This document shows positions 1 to 10,083 of a stretch of DNA of 64,000 nt, in pieces; position 1 is the stretch's first letter, and the number at the start of each line of letters is the position of its first letter. The notes beneath the pieces were generated by a model, which saw only the letters and a program-made list of their open reading frames with translations, was not told the origin of the DNA and did not search any database. Source of the DNA: Nostoc sp. DedSLP01 (lineage in GTDB: Bacteria > Cyanobacteriota > Cyanobacteriia > Cyanobacteriales > Nostocaceae); NCBI GenBank assembly GCA_034530875.2, contig JAVRCJ020000007.1, positions 128,001-192,000 of the forward strand. The letters are read 5' to 3'. A program made the translations under genes and the position numbers.

Positions 1-135
1 TACAAAAATTCTGGTCATCATTGGTAATTAGTTATTAGTCATTAGTCATTGGTCATTAGTCATTAATCATTGGTCATTAGTTATTAGTTATTCCCCCCAC
101 ACCTCCCACACTTCCCCTGCCCCCTCTGCTCCTCT

Positions 136-1161
136 TCACTGCTGTGGAGGCGGAGCGCCACCGATAAATTTATTCAAGCGATCGCATTCAATTTCTGCAA
201 CTGTGATTTTATCCCCTGGACTCTTGGTTGCTGCAACTGGTTCAATTCGACAAGATTTCTTTAAGTAGTACCCACGCGGGTTGTAACTAGGCCCTATCCA
301 AATATTTAATAAATCTAATACATACCCAGACTTAGTATTAGATACCCGTGGTTCAACACGCCATAATTCTTTTTCTTCATATTTTTTCAAGTTTTTTTCA
401 ATTATTTCCCTACCCAAGCTTCCTACTCGCTGTTTTGCTTCTATCAACCATTTTTCTACTTCTGACCAAGGTGTTTCATTAATTTGATCTTCTACTCTTG
501 GTTGAAGTTTATCTAAAACTAAAACCCCATTTCTCGGAACCTTAGATGATTCTTCAGTTATAACAACAAAGGTGCTAGTTTTAAACTTATCTGCTTTTAG
601 AGTAGGATATTGCAGCATACTAGGATATTCTTGTAACCAGTTATCCACTACAAAATAAAATTGAATCCAGCAGCTTAGCAACATACTGCTAGCAACTAAA
701 ATTATGATTTTTTGACGGTCTTCTGGTTTAGGAATTTGAGCTTTAGCATCTGTATCATTTCCTTCAATAAATTCTGGTATTGCCGTAATTAGTGCTGAGA
801 TGGTTGGCCAAAAAACAATTGTTGTTGGTGTAACTGCATCCCTTTGACTTCCAAATGCAAAAACACTAACTAAAAATCCTGTGATTACTGCTCCCACGGG
901 CATAAAAGTACCAGGAACCCTCAAAGGATCTTGTGTTGTATACCAAGCTGTACCAGAAATTAAAAACAACCAACCAAAAAATGCAATTATATCTTTTATA
1001 TAACCTATAGCAAAATATGAAAGTATCCAAGAATAAATACTCAGATAAATAAATGTTTGCCAAGAATAAGCTCTGGGTGGAATTAATAACTTTCTAATTC
1101 CTGCATAAAGCCCTTCAGCAAATCTGAAAATCCCAAATAAATCTTTAAGTAGCGTATTCAT
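136..1161 (-). CDS. fraD: Septal junction protein FraD
   Basis: 341 aa, about 5 N-terminal TM helices plus soluble C-terminal domain; recognisable FraD sequence; directly downstream of fraC. Confidence 0.88.
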   Translation of the reverse strand: MNTLLKDLFGIFRFAEGLYAGIRKLLIPPRAYSWQTFIYLSIYSWILSYFAIGYIKDIIAFFGWLFLISGTAWYTTQDPLRVPGTFMPVGAVITGFLVSVFAFGSQRDAVTPTTIVFWPTISALITAIPEFIEGNDTDAKAQIPKPEDRQKIIILVASSMLLSCWIQFYFVVDNWLQEYPSMLQYPTLKADKFKTSTFVVITEESSKVPRNGVLVLDKLQPRVEDQINETPWSEVEKWLIEAKQRVGSLGREIIEKNLKKYEEKELWRVEPRVSNTKSGYVLDLLNIWIGPSYNPRGYYLKKSCRIEPVAATKSPGDKITVAEIECDRLNKFIGGAPPPQQ

Positions 1162-1222
1162 ATTTCTCCCTACACCTGATTAATCTTTATCTTGCTCTGT
1201 GTGAATAGAACATAACCTGTTG

Positions 1223-1765
1223 CTACCTTGAACGCAGCAATAAAATAATGGTTATTGCACTATAACTGAGAGAGTTTGCTATCAATATACTAGTAACTAC
1301 ATTTGTACTTTGTAATTTAAGGTTGTTAAATCCCCGCCATTTTTGCCTTTGAAATCCTTGAATTTCTTCTTCTTTCTTAGCAAATGGTTCTTTCAATAAG
1401 GATATAACTAAAACTCTTAATAGCAAAAATTTAACTATAAAAGTACCAAAAAAAATTACAAAGGCTGTTAAAACTAACATAGTCTGCGTGCCAGCAGACT
1501 TAAAAGTATTAAAAAACAGATAAGTCATTAGTTCTGATTTCGTCTCTATTGGCAGCACTGGTTCGACAGCAAAAAATATAGACCAACCAATTACAGCTGA
1601 AAATAGATTAATAGAAATGGCATAAAAAGTACTAGTTTTTTTGTCAAATTTTAATCGCTTATGTAAAATATATGCCTCTATGGGGATGGCAATCAGTACA
1701 AATAAAAAGTCAAACAGAATTCCACCAATGGGAAAAATCCTCGGAAGCATCCAATTTTCAGGCAT
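1223..1765 (-). CDS. fraC: Filament integrity protein FraC
   Basis: 180 aa membrane protein with [24 protein letters not shown]-terminus typical of FraC; fraC-fraD order. Confidence 0.9.
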   Translation of the reverse strand: MPENWMLPRIFPIGGILFDFLFVLIAIPIEAYILHKRLKFDKKTSTFYAISINLFSAVIGWSIFFAVEPVLPIETKSELMTYLFFNTFKSAGTQTMLVLTAFVIFFGTFIVKFLLLRVLVISLLKEPFAKKEEEIQGFQRQKWRGFNNLKLQSTNVVTSILIANSLSYSAITIILLLRSR

Positions 1766-2022
1766 AAAAACTCGATGGTAAGGGTTAACTGTAGAGAGTA
1801 TAACCGGGATAGTGGCGGTGATGGGGGAAATTATCGTATTCGTCGAGCAGAGGGGGCTGGGGGAGCAGGGGAAGTGTGGGAGGTGTGGGAAGTGTGGGGG
1901 AAATAACTAATGACTAATAACTAATGACTAATGACCAATGACTAATGACCAATGACCAATGACTATTGACTAATGACTAATACCTAGAGATTAAAAACTG
2001 CTATATTATAGCTTTTCGAGAA

Positions 2023-3159
2023 ATGACAAGGAACGGCATCGGTATTCGCACGGCGCAAGTGCGTCAAGAACGGCTAACTGGTCAAATTCATGTTTATGAT
2101 GGTGCGGGGAAAGGTAAGTCTCAGGCGGCTTTAGGGGTAGTTTTGCGTTCGATTGGGTTGGGGATAAATACACCTACTAATTCCAATCGAGTTTTATTGC
2201 TGCGGTTTTTAAAGGGGCCTGAACGTGATTATGATGAAGATGGAGCGATCGCGGCTTTGCAACGTGGCTTTCCTCATTTAATTGACCAAGTTCGCACTGG
2301 GAGAGCAGAATTTTTTGGCCCCGAAGAAATCACTGCCTTTGATAGACATGAAGCGGCGCGGGGTTGGGATGTAGCCAAAGGTGCGATCGCTAGCGGTTTA
2401 TATTCAGTTGTAGTTTTGGATGAAATTAACCCCGTCCTGGATTTGGGTTTGCTACCAGTGGATGAGGTGGTGCGGACGTTAAAATCCAAACCCCAAGAGT
2501 TAGAAATCATTGCTACCGGACGCGGCGCACCGCAAAAGTTGCTCGATATTGCAGATTTACACTCGGAAATGAAACCGCACCACCACCCAACAGCCAAAGC
2601 ACTCTTGCTTAATGGCATTGAAATTTATACTGGTGCTGGTAAAGGCAAGTCTACGAGTGCTTTGGGCAAAGCTTTACAGGCAATTGGTAGGGGAATCAAT
2701 CACCCAGGCTCTACGCGTGTATTAATTATGCAGTGGCTCAAAGGCGGTAGTGGGTACACGGAAGATGCAGCGATCGCCGCTTTGCAGCAGTCATATCCAG
2801 AAGTGGTGGATCATCAGCGCTGCGGTCGAGATGCAATTGTCTGGCGCAATTCTCGGCAAGAATTAGACTACGTAGAAGCCGAACGGGGTTGGGAAATCGC
2901 CAAAGTTGCGATCGCTTCTGGGCTGTATAAAACAATTATTCTTGACGAACTCAATCCCACAGTAGACTTGGAATTACTTCCTGTTGAACCCATTGTTCAA
3001 GCTTTGCTCCGCAAACCCCGCGACACTGAAATCATCATCACCGGTCGCTGTCAAAATCAACCAGCATATTTTGACTTGGCTAGCGTCCACTCAGAGGTTT
3101 ACTGCCACAAACACTATGCAAATCATGGCGTAGAACTCAAACGAGGCGTAGATTTTTAA
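2023..3159 (+). CDS. cobO: Cob(I)yrinic acid a,c-diamide adenosyltransferase with two tandem CobA/BtuR domains
   Basis: Two GAGKGKS P-loops, each followed by LDE(I/L)N and TGR motifs. Confidence 0.88.
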   Translation: MTRNGIGIRTAQVRQERLTGQIHVYDGAGKGKSQAALGVVLRSIGLGINTPTNSNRVLLLRFLKGPERDYDEDGAIAALQRGFPHLIDQVRTGRAEFFGPEEITAFDRHEAARGWDVAKGAIASGLYSVVVLDEINPVLDLGLLPVDEVVRTLKSKPQELEIIATGRGAPQKLLDIADLHSEMKPHHHPTAKALLLNGIEIYTGAGKGKSTSALGKALQAIGRGINHPGSTRVLIMQWLKGGSGYTEDAAIAALQQSYPEVVDHQRCGRDAIVWRNSRQELDYVEAERGWEIAKVAIASGLYKTIILDELNPTVDLELLPVEPIVQALLRKPRDTEIIITGRCQNQPAYFDLASVHSEVYCHKHYANHGVELKRGVDF

Positions 3160-3183
3160 ATCGGACATTGGGCAAAATAGTTG

Positions 3184-3216
3184 CGAGTTTTGAGTTCTGG
3201 CTCAAAACTCGTTTTT
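3184..3216 (+). terminator. Intrinsic terminator after cobO
   Basis: CGAGTTTTGAG / CTCAAAACTCG stem followed by TTTTT. Confidence 0.7.
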
Positions 3217-3250
3217 ATTGAGCGATCGCTGTAAATACAGAACATAACTT

Positions 3251-3360
3251 ATACCAATTCGCAATGGACTACGCCCCGCTTTGCTAACGCAATTAAGGAA
3301 CTTAGATGCTGCAAGCCTTCCGTGATTTGCATCTGTTGCTTGATTTTGGAGAATTGGTAT
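3251..3360. mobile_element. MITE-like element with ATACCAATTC termini
   Basis: Perfect 10-bp terminal inverted repeat ATACCAATTC...GAATTGGTAT; related ends at 23411-23525. Confidence 0.6.
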
Positions 3361-3595
3361 TAGTAGAAAAGAATGTTTAACTTAAACTTATACTTAAAAA
3401 AAGATGTTAAAAATATAACTGATATACAAAATTGGTTCGCAACCAGCCATACTTAATACTTTTGTACAGATGCAATGAGTTGCGTCTGTAACTATTCTCT
3501 GTTTCCAACTCAGATAGTAAACAACGAATTAAACTTGAGATAGAGTATAAAAACTCTGAAGAAAAAATTTGTTTTGGAAAACGCTTACGATTTTA

Positions 3596-3970
3596 ATGTT
3601 TAAAGATTTAGCAGTGATTGACGAACAACTTTCTCGGCGTCATATTGACCTCGATCCTGGTGGATATTTCATCATTTATTTGGATAGAGAGGCAAAGTTA
3701 ATTTATGCCAAGCATTTTACAAATTTCATTGATGAGCGTGGTTTAGCAGTCGATCCAGAAACAGGAAAGGTAATTCCTGCACGAGAAAAAGTAGAACGAA
3801 CTTCCACGACAGTTTTTAATGGAAGGACGGCTAAAGAACTTTGCGTCAAAATTTTTGAGGAAACTCAGCCCTGTCCAGTTACTCAATTAAATCATGCAGC
3901 TTATTTAGGTCGAGAATTTGTTCGGGCTGAAGTCGCTTTAGTTACAGAACAAGAGTATGTTCAAGATTGA
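3596..3970 (+). CDS. DUF4346-type conserved protein
   Basis: DLDPGGYFII and HAAYLGRE...AE.AL...YVQD motifs; ATG 3596 preferred over TTG 3569. Confidence 0.75.
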   Translation: MFKDLAVIDEQLSRRHIDLDPGGYFIIYLDREAKLIYAKHFTNFIDERGLAVDPETGKVIPAREKVERTSTTVFNGRTAKELCVKIFEETQPCPVTQLNHAAYLGREFVRAEVALVTEQEYVQD

Positions 3971-3974
3971 AGTC

Positions 3975-4150
3975 TGGAGTGAAAAGTTGGGAGTTAAGAG
4001 TGAGGAGTGAGGAGTTAAAAGTTAATAGTGAAGAGTGAGAAGTTAGGAATTAAAAGTTGATAGTTAAAAATTTACGATTCAAAACTCTTAACCTCCTCTA
4101 AACTCCCAACTTCTAACTCTTAATTCATAACTTCTAACTCCTCACTTTCT
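3975..4150. repeat. Degenerate heptamer repeats (GAGTTAA/GAGTGAG) followed by complementary copies, between convergent genes
   Basis: Purine-rich repeat run followed by a pyrimidine-rich complementary run. Confidence 0.65.
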
Positions 4151-4152
4151 CT

Positions 4153-4896
4153 TTATCCGTCAGATGATGGTTGATTTATCTGATAGATGTAGTACGTCGC
4201 CATTGGAATAACGGTGGCGGCAATTAACAATCCTATTACCCAAGCGGTAGCGCTACCTTGGACAGCTTTAGTTTCTTCTGCATCTTTGAAAGTACCTTCT
4301 ACCTGCACATTATCAGCAACTTCGGGCGGGCCTGGATCGGGTTTGCCTGAGAGGACTGCAACCAAGCGATCGCTAGTATCTGTAAATGCTTGATTATATT
4401 TATTACCCTGGCGCAATGGTATACTTAGGGTTTCCTCAGCTACACTCTTAGCAATAGAGTCTGTAAGCAAAGGCTTAACTCGATCCCCAGTAATAATCGC
4501 GGTACCATTGGTGGCTGTGTCAAGAACTAATAAAGTTTGATTGGCTTGGGCTTCTTTTGTGGGAAACCATTTTTCAAACAGTTCTTTACTAAAGCTTTCG
4601 GGCGTTTCACCGTAGTCAAAATGGCGAATAGTAACGATTCTGACTTCATTGCCAGTCTGCTTTGCTAAATCCTCGAAAGCGCTGCTAATCTTACCTTCAT
4701 TCACACGACTGATGATTTCACCTCGATCCAAAACCCAGGTGTTATTCCCTGGTGTCAGGTCGGGTATTTCATACACGCCCGTCGCCAAAGCAGGTGCGGT
4801 AAATAGCGAAGCCGCTAAAATAACCGCGACCAATGGTAAAATTAGCCGGATAAAATGCTTTCGATTGCTAAATACTTGTTTGAGGAGCTGTTTCAT
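4153..4896 (-). CDS. psb32: Photosystem II repair protein Psb32 (TPM domain)
   Basis: Signal peptide (PALA-TGV), TPM domain, C-terminal TM with ATVIPMATYY; start taken at ATG 4896. Confidence 0.82.
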   Translation of the reverse strand: MKQLLKQVFSNRKHFIRLILPLVAVILAASLFTAPALATGVYEIPDLTPGNNTWVLDRGEIISRVNEGKISSAFEDLAKQTGNEVRIVTIRHFDYGETPESFSKELFEKWFPTKEAQANQTLLVLDTATNGTAIITGDRVKPLLTDSIAKSVAEETLSIPLRQGNKYNQAFTDTSDRLVAVLSGKPDPGPPEVADNVQVEGTFKDAEETKAVQGSATAWVIGLLIAATVIPMATYYIYQINQPSSDG

Positions 4897-5205
4897 CGTA
4901 TTAACTCTAAGACTGGCTTGCACCAAAAATAATATAGAACCATTGTCAAAATAACCTGGTTCCGGGTTTTGTTGAATAATAAGTTTCTGCTATTACCAGC
5001 AGATATATATTTTACAGGATTTTTTATTACACAAATTTCTTCTCTAGGGAGTTACTAGCATTACTCTGAAGAAAATAAGCGAGACGCTATGCAAGAAATC
5101 ATACAACGAGGGTATGAAAATATTTGTTTCCCAGTCCCTAGTCCCCAATTCTCATTTTCAAGCTACCATCCATAAGAATATGTCAGCTATCTTTAGGAAT
5201 AAAAA

Positions 5206-6087
5206 ATGAGGAAAATTTGGCTACTGGGTTTGACATTAGTTAGTTTCGGGATGGTGTTGCGGTTTAATATGCGTTCTTTAACAACACCAATACCCGCTGT
5301 TGCAGTTTCACCAGCAAAAACTATCCGCTACGAACAGCGGACTTTGCCCGAAAGTATAGCCAATATCCTATTCGTTCCAGCTAATAGCCGATTTTTGGTA
5401 ACTCCTGCATTATCACAGAAAGTAAGCACTGTAGAAGAGTTTGGGCAGAAGTATGATAAAGCGATCGCCATTTTCAATGCAGGCTTTTTTGACCCAGCTA
5501 ACCAAAAAACTACATCTTATGTCATCATCCAAGGAAAATTAGTAGCCGACCCCAAACAAAACAATCGCTTAGTAAACAATCCCAACTTAAAACCATACCT
5601 GGGTAAAATTTTCAATCGCCCAGAATTCCGTCGCTATCTATGCGGTCAAAATATTAAATATGATATTGCTTTGCACAATGAATCAACACCAACCGATTGT
5701 AAGCTAGTGGATGCAATAGGCGCAGGGCCGCGTCTGTTACCAAAACTGACTTTAGTAGAAGAAGCTTTTGTGGATAACGCCAATAAGCGAGATGCACTTG
5801 GTAGCAACCAACCCAATGCTAGAACTGCTGTAGGAATTACCCGTGATGGAAGTGTTGTTTTAGTGATGGTAGCTCAAAAACCTTCAGTTGGTGCTAATTC
5901 TGGAATTTCGTTACCAGCGCTGGCAGATTTCATGAAAACCCTTGGTGTTGAGAAAGCGATGAATTTAGATGGCGGTAGTTCGTCTTCGCTTTATTACAAG
6001 GGTAAAACCATTTACGGAAAAATTGATTTAGAGGGAAACTTTATTAAGCGACCTGTGAAATCAGTTTTACTGGTTCAGGAAAACTAA
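5206..6087 (+). CDS. Phosphodiester glycosidase (NAGPA-like) family protein
   Basis: NAGFF, GAGPRL, ARTAVG and AMNLDGGSS motifs; N-terminal signal. Confidence 0.82.
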   Translation: MRKIWLLGLTLVSFGMVLRFNMRSLTTPIPAVAVSPAKTIRYEQRTLPESIANILFVPANSRFLVTPALSQKVSTVEEFGQKYDKAIAIFNAGFFDPANQKTTSYVIIQGKLVADPKQNNRLVNNPNLKPYLGKIFNRPEFRRYLCGQNIKYDIALHNESTPTDCKLVDAIGAGPRLLPKLTLVEEAFVDNANKRDALGSNQPNARTAVGITRDGSVVLVMVAQKPSVGANSGISLPALADFMKTLGVEKAMNLDGGSSSSLYYKGKTIYGKIDLEGNFIKRPVKSVLLVQEN

Positions 6088-6129
6088 CATCATCAAGTCA
6101 AATATTTACGCAATTTTTAAGTCGTATTT

Positions 6130-6240
6130 TTAACGAAGGCAGGAGGCAGGAGGCCGTTTTTGTAATGAGGATTTATACCCCATTCTAAAAACTTTTAGCC
6201 TTAAAAGGCGACGTTTTATACCTGATTATTTCGATAACTT
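6130..6240 (+). repeat. Dispersed repeat, with an inverted homologue at 32852-33004
   Basis: TTAACGAAGGCAGGAGGCAGG...GAGGATTTATA...AAAAACTTT...TTTCGATAA shared with the reverse strand of 32852-33004. Confidence 0.65.
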
Positions 6241-6542
6241 ACTTAAATTGAAAATGCAGTGTAGGGGATGAGGAAGACGCAGCTTCAGCTTGCTGCAACA
6301 TAAGAACAGTATAGCAGGAGAGAAATTTCTCTGCCAAAGGTGGATGACTCCAGGCGGGGCTAAATTGCTAGGCAAGACGTTTTAGATTATACAAATTATA
6401 ATGTAGGCATTCTTTGAATTTTCTTTATGTATTCTTGAATAAACAAGAATTGGTAATGAAGGAGATAAATAAAGGTGACTGCTCAAAATAGTTTTGATTA
6501 GTTTAGAGATTAAATATTTATGAGTATGAGAGTAATAGTTAT

Positions 6543-6965
6543 ATGAAAGCAGTTAAAAAATTTTTCGCATTATTTCTTCTCGTATTTGGCATTCCATTGT
6601 CTGCTGGGATGCTCTGGGAAGTTATTAATCCTCAAACTAACCCTCAAGACAAAGAAGGTGCTGTAGCTATTTTAGCTCTTATGAGCATTCCTTCAACAAT
6701 GATTGGAGGCTGGTTAACTTGGTCTTTAGTACAGGAGAGCAAAAAAGAAAAAGCTTTGCTCTTGGAAGCAGAACAAAAGCGCCTTCAGTTGGTATTTTTA
6801 GACTTAGTTGAGAGTAATTCTGGAACAATTACAATATTACAAATGGCGAAAAATGCTGATATTTCAACCCAGAAAGCTAAAGAATATTTAGATGACAAAG
6901 CCAAAGAACTAAATGCTTCTTTTGAAGTGGGTGTAAATGGAAATATTTTGTATCGGTTTTCGTAG
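6543..6965 (+). CDS. Hypothetical 2-TM membrane protein with C-terminal winged-helix-like segment
   Basis: 140 aa ORF, two hydrophobic helices, GTITILQMA...GNILYRF tail. Confidence 0.7.
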   Translation: MKAVKKFFALFLLVFGIPLSAGMLWEVINPQTNPQDKEGAVAILALMSIPSTMIGGWLTWSLVQESKKEKALLLEAEQKRLQLVFLDLVESNSGTITILQMAKNADISTQKAKEYLDDKAKELNASFEVGVNGNILYRFS

Positions 6966-7071
6966 TGAATCAAAATTCCGAAATCAGGATTATGAATTTA
7001 GAAGTCAAATAATCTTTATGCTTGGTTCCCAAAATTAGTTTGTTTACTTTCTAGCTTGAAATGTCTTGGAA

Positions 7072-7560
7072 TCAAATATTTAAATCGCGTAGTGCTAAAC
7101 GAATTTGTTCCACGCGTCTGCGGTTGACACCGAGATCGTATTCTCCAATGCGAGATGCCGATCGCACATGTATTACTGATTCATCGGCAGGGAAATAAAA
7201 CTCTACATCATCAATAAATTTAAAGATCCGGCTTTTAGAAAGAGCATGGATGTAATTATCTGTTTGTTCGATAACCTGTGTACGGGGAACAACAGTGAGA
7301 ACTTTGAGTAAGGTTTCTTTTGCTGCGTTGCGGTCTATATGATAGGCGATGGGGTCAATGGTATGTTTGCTATCTGCGTTTTGACTAACAACACAGTTGT
7401 TTGAAACTGGACAAGCATTTAGATGGCCGTTATTAACTCCCAAACCAGAAGCAGCCAAAGTCACAGCAGGAAGTATTAAAGTACCGATCAAAGTTAGGAG
7501 TATTGCAAGACTGACACTACACCAGAGTCGCTTGATGTAGGTGTATCCCTTCGTAGGCAT
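7072..7560 (-). CDS. DUF1499 family protein
   Basis: CP.S.NCVVSQ, F.DDVEF and RSASR.G..DLGVNRRR motifs; start uncertain. Confidence 0.85.
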   Translation of the reverse strand: MPTKGYTYIKRLWCSVSLAILLTLIGTLILPAVTLAASGLGVNNGHLNACPVSNNCVVSQNADSKHTIDPIAYHIDRNAAKETLLKVLTVVPRTQVIEQTDNYIHALSKSRIFKFIDDVEFYFPADESVIHVRSASRIGEYDLGVNRRRVEQIRLALRDLNI

Positions 7561-7991
7561 CTCAATTAGCAGACAAGACACGATAAATTGACTCCTCAAA
7601 ACTTAAATAGCACTCAATTATTTTCGGTCATTTTGGCACAGTTGTGGAAGTTAAAATAATTCGTAATTTGTAATTGAATTAGTTGGGGATTTAAACCTCA
7701 ACTAATTTAAGAGTACTAAATTGGAAATTTGCGATCGCACATCTTACCGCATCAGCCATCTTCATAAGAAATAATCAGCATCGATCGCTAATTTTTTCAA
7801 TAACTTTATTTAAACTTCATGTATTGGTAAAATTTGCAATTACTTGCACGAAATCCTGAAATGCTTTCTCAAAACTCCTAAATGCTTTCTCATTTGGGTA
7901 GATTTAGCAAGTAAAATGCTTAAAGAGCTTCTCCAACAAACAAATAACAGTTAAAACTTAAACTAGAAAAACTTTTACTCTGGAACTGCTG

Positions 7992-8570
7992 ATGATTTGT
8001 CACTTCCTCATTGGTGTCCCTGGTAGCGGGAAATCCACTTTGGCGGCCGAGTTAGCAAAACTGGGGAATTATCGCATCGTCTCTACTGATACAATTCGTC
8101 AACAACTCTATGGCGATGCGAGTATTCAAGGTGAGTGGAGTCAGGTTGAAGAAAAAGTTATCTCAGAAATTGTAGATGCGATCGCTCAAGGTGATTCCAT
8201 CATCTATGATGCTACTAATGCTAAACGCATCTGGCGGATAGATTTGCTTGGAAAGCTAAAATCTATTGCCCCATCTAGTTTGTGGATAGCGTGGTATTTG
8301 CAAACTCCCGTTACAAATTGCAAGTTATGGAATCAACAACGTACTCGTCAAGTCCCAGATTCTATAATTGAAAGTATGCACCAATCTCTACAAGACTTTC
8401 CACCAATAGCTGGCGAAGGATTTGTAACTGTTAAAGAAATCGATGTCACTTCGGCAAACTTTGATATAAATGCAGTTCGCAAGGATATAGAAAAAACTCT
8501 CAACCCCGATAAAATATTGTCAGAATTTCCGTCAGAGATGAGTATTTTGCAGGGTAATGCTAATTCGTAA
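7992..8570 (+). CDS. AAA_33/polynucleotide kinase-like P-loop protein
   Basis: GVPGSGKST Walker A, STD.IR, DATN and R.RQVP motifs. Confidence 0.82.
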   Translation: MICHFLIGVPGSGKSTLAAELAKLGNYRIVSTDTIRQQLYGDASIQGEWSQVEEKVISEIVDAIAQGDSIIYDATNAKRIWRIDLLGKLKSIAPSSLWIAWYLQTPVTNCKLWNQQRTRQVPDSIIESMHQSLQDFPPIAGEGFVTVKEIDVTSANFDINAVRKDIEKTLNPDKILSEFPSEMSILQGNANS

Positions 8571-8585
8571 TTCGTAATTAATCTA

Positions 8586-8768
8586 ATGAATAAGAGTATA
8601 AATGTTATTGTAATATTATTATTAATTCTATATTTTAGCTACTCGATTAAGGCTAATAGCAAAAGTAGTTTGGATATCTTTCCTGGACATACTCCTAAGA
8701 GTTTAGAGAGAATATCTGGAGGAATAATAAACTGTAAGTGGTTTCCAAATCCACATCATTGTCAGTGA
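8586..8768 (+). CDS. Putative small secreted peptide
   Basis: 60 aa; charged N-terminus, hydrophobic core, IKA cleavage-like site, two C-terminal Cys. Confidence 0.4.
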   Translation: MNKSINVIVILLLILYFSYSIKANSKSSLDIFPGHTPKSLERISGGIINCKWFPNPHHCQ

Positions 8769-8912
8769 GGTTATGCAAGGAACATAAGTGATTTATCAAA
8801 TCTCGTTTTGTAAAGTGTGTTATGCCAATTCACGAAATTAGCGATAAAAATTACTTCCTCTGCCCCCACTGCCCCACACCCTTCTAATATTAGAAACCTC
8901 CATTTTGATTAG

Positions 8913-9968
8913 TTAAATCGTGACTAAATAATCTTGTGGTTCTTCTTCTAATTCATAACCATTACGGAGTTTTCTGATTGCTTGGTCAATCATTTCTAAA
9001 CCCCGATCTACTGTTTCAATTACGCTTAATTGTCCTCGTAATTCGGCAGCCCCGACAAAACCTTTAGCATACCAAGTCATGTGTTTGCGGGCTTGACGAA
9101 CGCCGCGATCGCCTTTATATTCCCACAAGGCTTGTAAATGATCTCTCGCACATTCCAACCGTTCGATTGGGGTTGGTGGCGGTAATATTTCTCCAGTTTT
9201 TAAGAAGCGATCGATTTCTCCCACTAAAAAGGGATAACCTAAAGTTCCACGGGAACACATCACACCGTCAGCGCCAGTTTCTTCTAAACATTTCACCGCC
9301 GCCTCAATAGAAAAAATATCTCCATTGGCAATCACTGGAATAGAAAGTATTTCCTTCACACGGGCAATCCATTCCCAACGGGCATTGCCATTGTATCCTT
9401 GGGCACGAGTGCGTCCGTGTACCGTAATCATTTTTGCCCCTGCATCTTCCATTCGCTTGGCAAAGTCGAGAATAGTAATTTCTTTGTCATTCCAGCCAAT
9501 ACGAGTTTTTACTGTCACAGGTACATCAACAGCTTTCACAACTTCTCGCACAATTGCTTGGGCAACTTCCGGTTGGCGCAATAGAGAAGAACCGCCCCCA
9601 TTTTTAGTAATTTTATTTACCGGACAACCCATATTAATATCAACAGTATCAGCCCCTTCTGCAACTGCTTTGACTGCTGCTTCTGCCAGAAAATCTGGAC
9701 GACAATCAAATAATTGAATGCTTATTGGGCGTTCGTTGGGGTCTACCTCCATGATTTTGGGCAACTCTTTCACATAATGCAACCCGGTAGCATTGACCAT
9801 TTCGGTATACATCATCGAATCAGGTGCATAACGACGCACCAAGCGGCGAAATACCAAATCTGTTACCCCAGATAAAGGCGACTGAAGAACGCGACTTTTT
9901 ACCTCGAAAGAACCAATTTTTAAAGGTTGAGAGAGTCTAGCTTGCAGAGTAGGAGATAGGGAAATCAT
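8913..9968 (-). CDS. dusB: tRNA-dihydrouridine synthase DusB
   Basis: DINMGCP, VHGRT, ANGDI and RKH..WY motifs. Confidence 0.92.
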   Translation of the reverse strand: MISLSPTLQARLSQPLKIGSFEVKSRVLQSPLSGVTDLVFRRLVRRYAPDSMMYTEMVNATGLHYVKELPKIMEVDPNERPISIQLFDCRPDFLAEAAVKAVAEGADTVDINMGCPVNKITKNGGGSSLLRQPEVAQAIVREVVKAVDVPVTVKTRIGWNDKEITILDFAKRMEDAGAKMITVHGRTRAQGYNGNARWEWIARVKEILSIPVIANGDIFSIEAAVKCLEETGADGVMCSRGTLGYPFLVGEIDRFLKTGEILPPPTPIERLECARDHLQALWEYKGDRGVRQARKHMTWYAKGFVGAAELRGQLSVIETVDRGLEMIDQAIRKLRNGYELEEEPQDYLVTI

Positions 9969-10083
9969 ACAATAAATTAAAAATTCAAAATTGTGTAAGC
10001 AAAAGATTTTTAGGGTATTTAAGACTATTTACTGATACTGCGAATTACATCCTTTAAATTTCCTCGTAACCGATTAATTTTGT

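Noticed and set aside
2023..3159. Internal duplication of the CobA/BtuR domain as a novelty
   Set aside because: As far as I recall this is the usual cyanobacterial form
8720..8768. Resemblance of ERISGG...PNPHH to plant CLE peptide motifs
   Set aside because: Spacing does not fit the 12-13 aa CLE domain; too short to distinguish from chance
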